From positions 1,054,001-1,118,000 of the forward strand of contig CM035352.1 in the NCBI GenBank assembly GCA_020137815.1: DNA of 64,000 nucleotides, read 5' to 3'. The stretch is from Hormiphora californensis. Lineage: Eukaryota; Animalia; Ctenophora. The translations under genes and the position numbers were made by a program. The notes below the pieces were generated by a model. The model was given only the letters and a program-made list of their open reading frames with translations. It had not been told where the DNA came from and ran no database searches. Positions 57,376 to 64,000 of the stretch are shown in pieces; the stretch's first letter is position 1, and every line of letters starts with the position of its first letter.

Positions 57376-58799
57376 GAGAGAGAGAAATATAGAGAGAGAG
57401 AGAAGCTGTGATACCTCTAGGTTTAGCTCCACAATTTCCCAGAGAAATAATAAATAGTCGGAGAAGTTGCAACAAAACAGGGTATCTGTCAGAGAAAGAG
57501 ATAGAAAGAGATGAGGAAGTGCGTGATAGATCAGATTGTAAGATGAAGGATCTTTTTGAAATGTGATTTAGTTCAGACTAGTGATCTCGGTGTCAGTGTG
57601 TGGCTGGGACAAGAGGGGGCTGCTGAAACAGATCGGAGGGAGTAACAAGTAGAACCATGGAACTTTAATTGAATCTCACTAAGTATATAGTGTATACTAG
57701 GGGGTCTCTTTTCCATCAAGGCCTGCATGAACACACTATATCACCAAGATCCCGGGTTCCTTATAGACGTCTTTAACAAACAAACAAGTAGAGATAATTT
57801 TTCACCACACATATATACCCTGCATAAAGAATTTCATACCTTCCATTATTTATTGGTTGATAAAATGGCCTGATATTGAAAAACTGGTGGCATTATACCA
57901 CTTTGCATTATACCGCACTACTTATAGCACCTTCGTCTTTTTTGGGACCAAAACGTGACAGAAAAACGTGTCAGAAAAAGGATAGAAAACGCAAAGTGTG
58001 TGTTGCCAGAGTGTGAATTGTGCGTATTTTAGAACTCTCTCTCCATCTCCCCATTATATAGCTCTCCCTAGCCTTTCAATGAGTAGTTCGAGTCCTTACG
58101 TAGCTACTCCTAAAATACGCATCATTCTAGATACCGGGCAAGTAGTGCACTCTCTTGTCGACGCATTGCGTCTTCTGGACTTATTCAACCTCGCGGGGAG
58201 GACTCAAAAAAAACCTCGCTCCTTAGAAATTCTTGTATAGCGTGCTGCTCAGTGTCCCTTTTTCACTGCATGGAGCTATGCTGTTGTACACTGTTGCTAT
58301 ATGGGTACCAATTCTACCTGTCTGTCTCCCTGCTCCACATAGTAGAGTCTGCTAATTGACAGCGGGCTGCTAACTAGCCATAGTGAGAGAGATAGATAAA
58401 TAGAGAGAGAGAAAAAGAGAGAGAAGGAGAGAGAGAAAGAGAGAGAGAAAGAGAGATAGAGATGTGTGCAGCTAATCAAATATAAGCTCAACACCAGGGG
58501 AGCTCTTTTGCAGTGCTTCGTTATTATCTGTAGCAGAGTGGGCAACAACCTGCAGAAAAAGAGATAGAGAAAGATAGAGAGAGATAGAGGGGGAGAGAAA
58601 GCGAGAGAAAGTGCTTGTTTGCAAGCCTGTACACGTGTTGAATGCATTTTGGTTAAATTGGGCGTAGTTTTGTTTGAACACGACTCTCAATTTAGTCGCA
58701 CTGGTGATATCGTATCGCTATCTTTATCCGGCTAGTTTTACACTTGATACCTATCTTTTCTCTCTCCAGCTGTTAGTTCTACTTTATTAAATTATAGAA

Positions 58800-63346
<4,547 letters not shown>

Positions 63347-63582
63347 GCCCGGCTAATGAGTTGAGCCCTGGAGGTCGTCAAAAAATATACGATGTGGATC
63401 ATTTCGTGTGTTATATCTAGCAGAAAATTAGGTGATGTTATTTTGTGCTGGGACTTTGTGTCAGAGTCCTATTATTTGACTACTAATTATTAATTGTAAA
63501 TAAATTCTTATTACTCGTTCAATTGTTATTTATGTCGTGTTTTCATTGTACTAAGTGATTGCCACTTTTGGCTAGAGCGGTA

Positions 63583-64000
63583 CAGTGTCCCGTTAAGGAA
63601 TTTCTACGAGGTCTATCGATTCGAGATCTATCGAATTGTACAAGAATTAACTGGAACGGACTTCAGGTGCCGAAGATTTCCCATAAAAAATCTATCTCAA
63701 AGTTATGTCGTGTTCTGACCGGAGCCAGAGGATGAAGCATGGCATCAGAAATGAGAAACCCTCTACATTCTACTCGTGTAATATACCCCCTCCAATAGCC
63801 CTCTAAAACGTACGTTTTCCATCGCATGCCAAAATCAGATTTTTAATCTGTCACCCAGCGTGTGACAAACGATTTAATATTTGGGTATCGGGAATTAATT
63901 TGATCTTTTTGGCGCTCTGTGTTTCTCAACCACAATATCTTAAAATTAAATTTTTCGCTATGCTCGTTCATGTGATATGCGGTTTTATGCTGAAGGATGA
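63583..64000. mobile_element. Possible left end of a TIR element, truncated by the window edge
   Basis: TA-CAGTGTCCCGTTAAGGA resembles the CACGGTGTCCCTTAAGGA terminus of the 6554-8040 element. The other end is not visible. Confidence 0.35.

Overview
Eukaryotic (animal) genomic DNA with compact multi-exon genes, GT-AG introns and many (AG)n tracts. The style suggests a non-bilaterian invertebrate such as a ctenophore, but that is inference only. No prokaryotic features, CRISPR arrays or RNA genes were seen. Manual splicing supports eight genes: a PH-domain + ANKRD40-C-terminal-like protein (-), VWA3B (+, about 23 exons), a calmodulin-like EF-hand protein (+), a PAP2/PLPP lipid phosphate phosphatase (-), an intron-containing divergent linker histone H1 (-), an SLC45-family sugar transporter (+), a large ZU5/UPA-like + LIM protein with a possible pseudokinase N-terminus (-), and a secreted Spondin_N-VWC-Ig protein (+). 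Non-autonomous DNA transposons include a 1.5-kb CAC..GTG foldback with a 4-bp TSD and a 1.4-kb GG..CC element with an 8-bp TSD carrying a CCHC zinc-knuckle cargo. The most striking recurring pattern is tandem duplication of splice signals (donors, acceptors, branch points) at intron edges in most genes. A 23-bp motif, CTGTCAG-GCCAATGCT-CTGACAG, also recurs about 10 times. Several segments (about 8.15-8.7, 30.1-32.2, 35.0-35.5 and 51.9-54.5 kb) look like low-quality homopolymer-rich assembly, and many genes carry 1-2 nt indels that are probably sequencing errors. Exon coordinates are manual and approximate, and family calls come from recalled motifs, not database searches.
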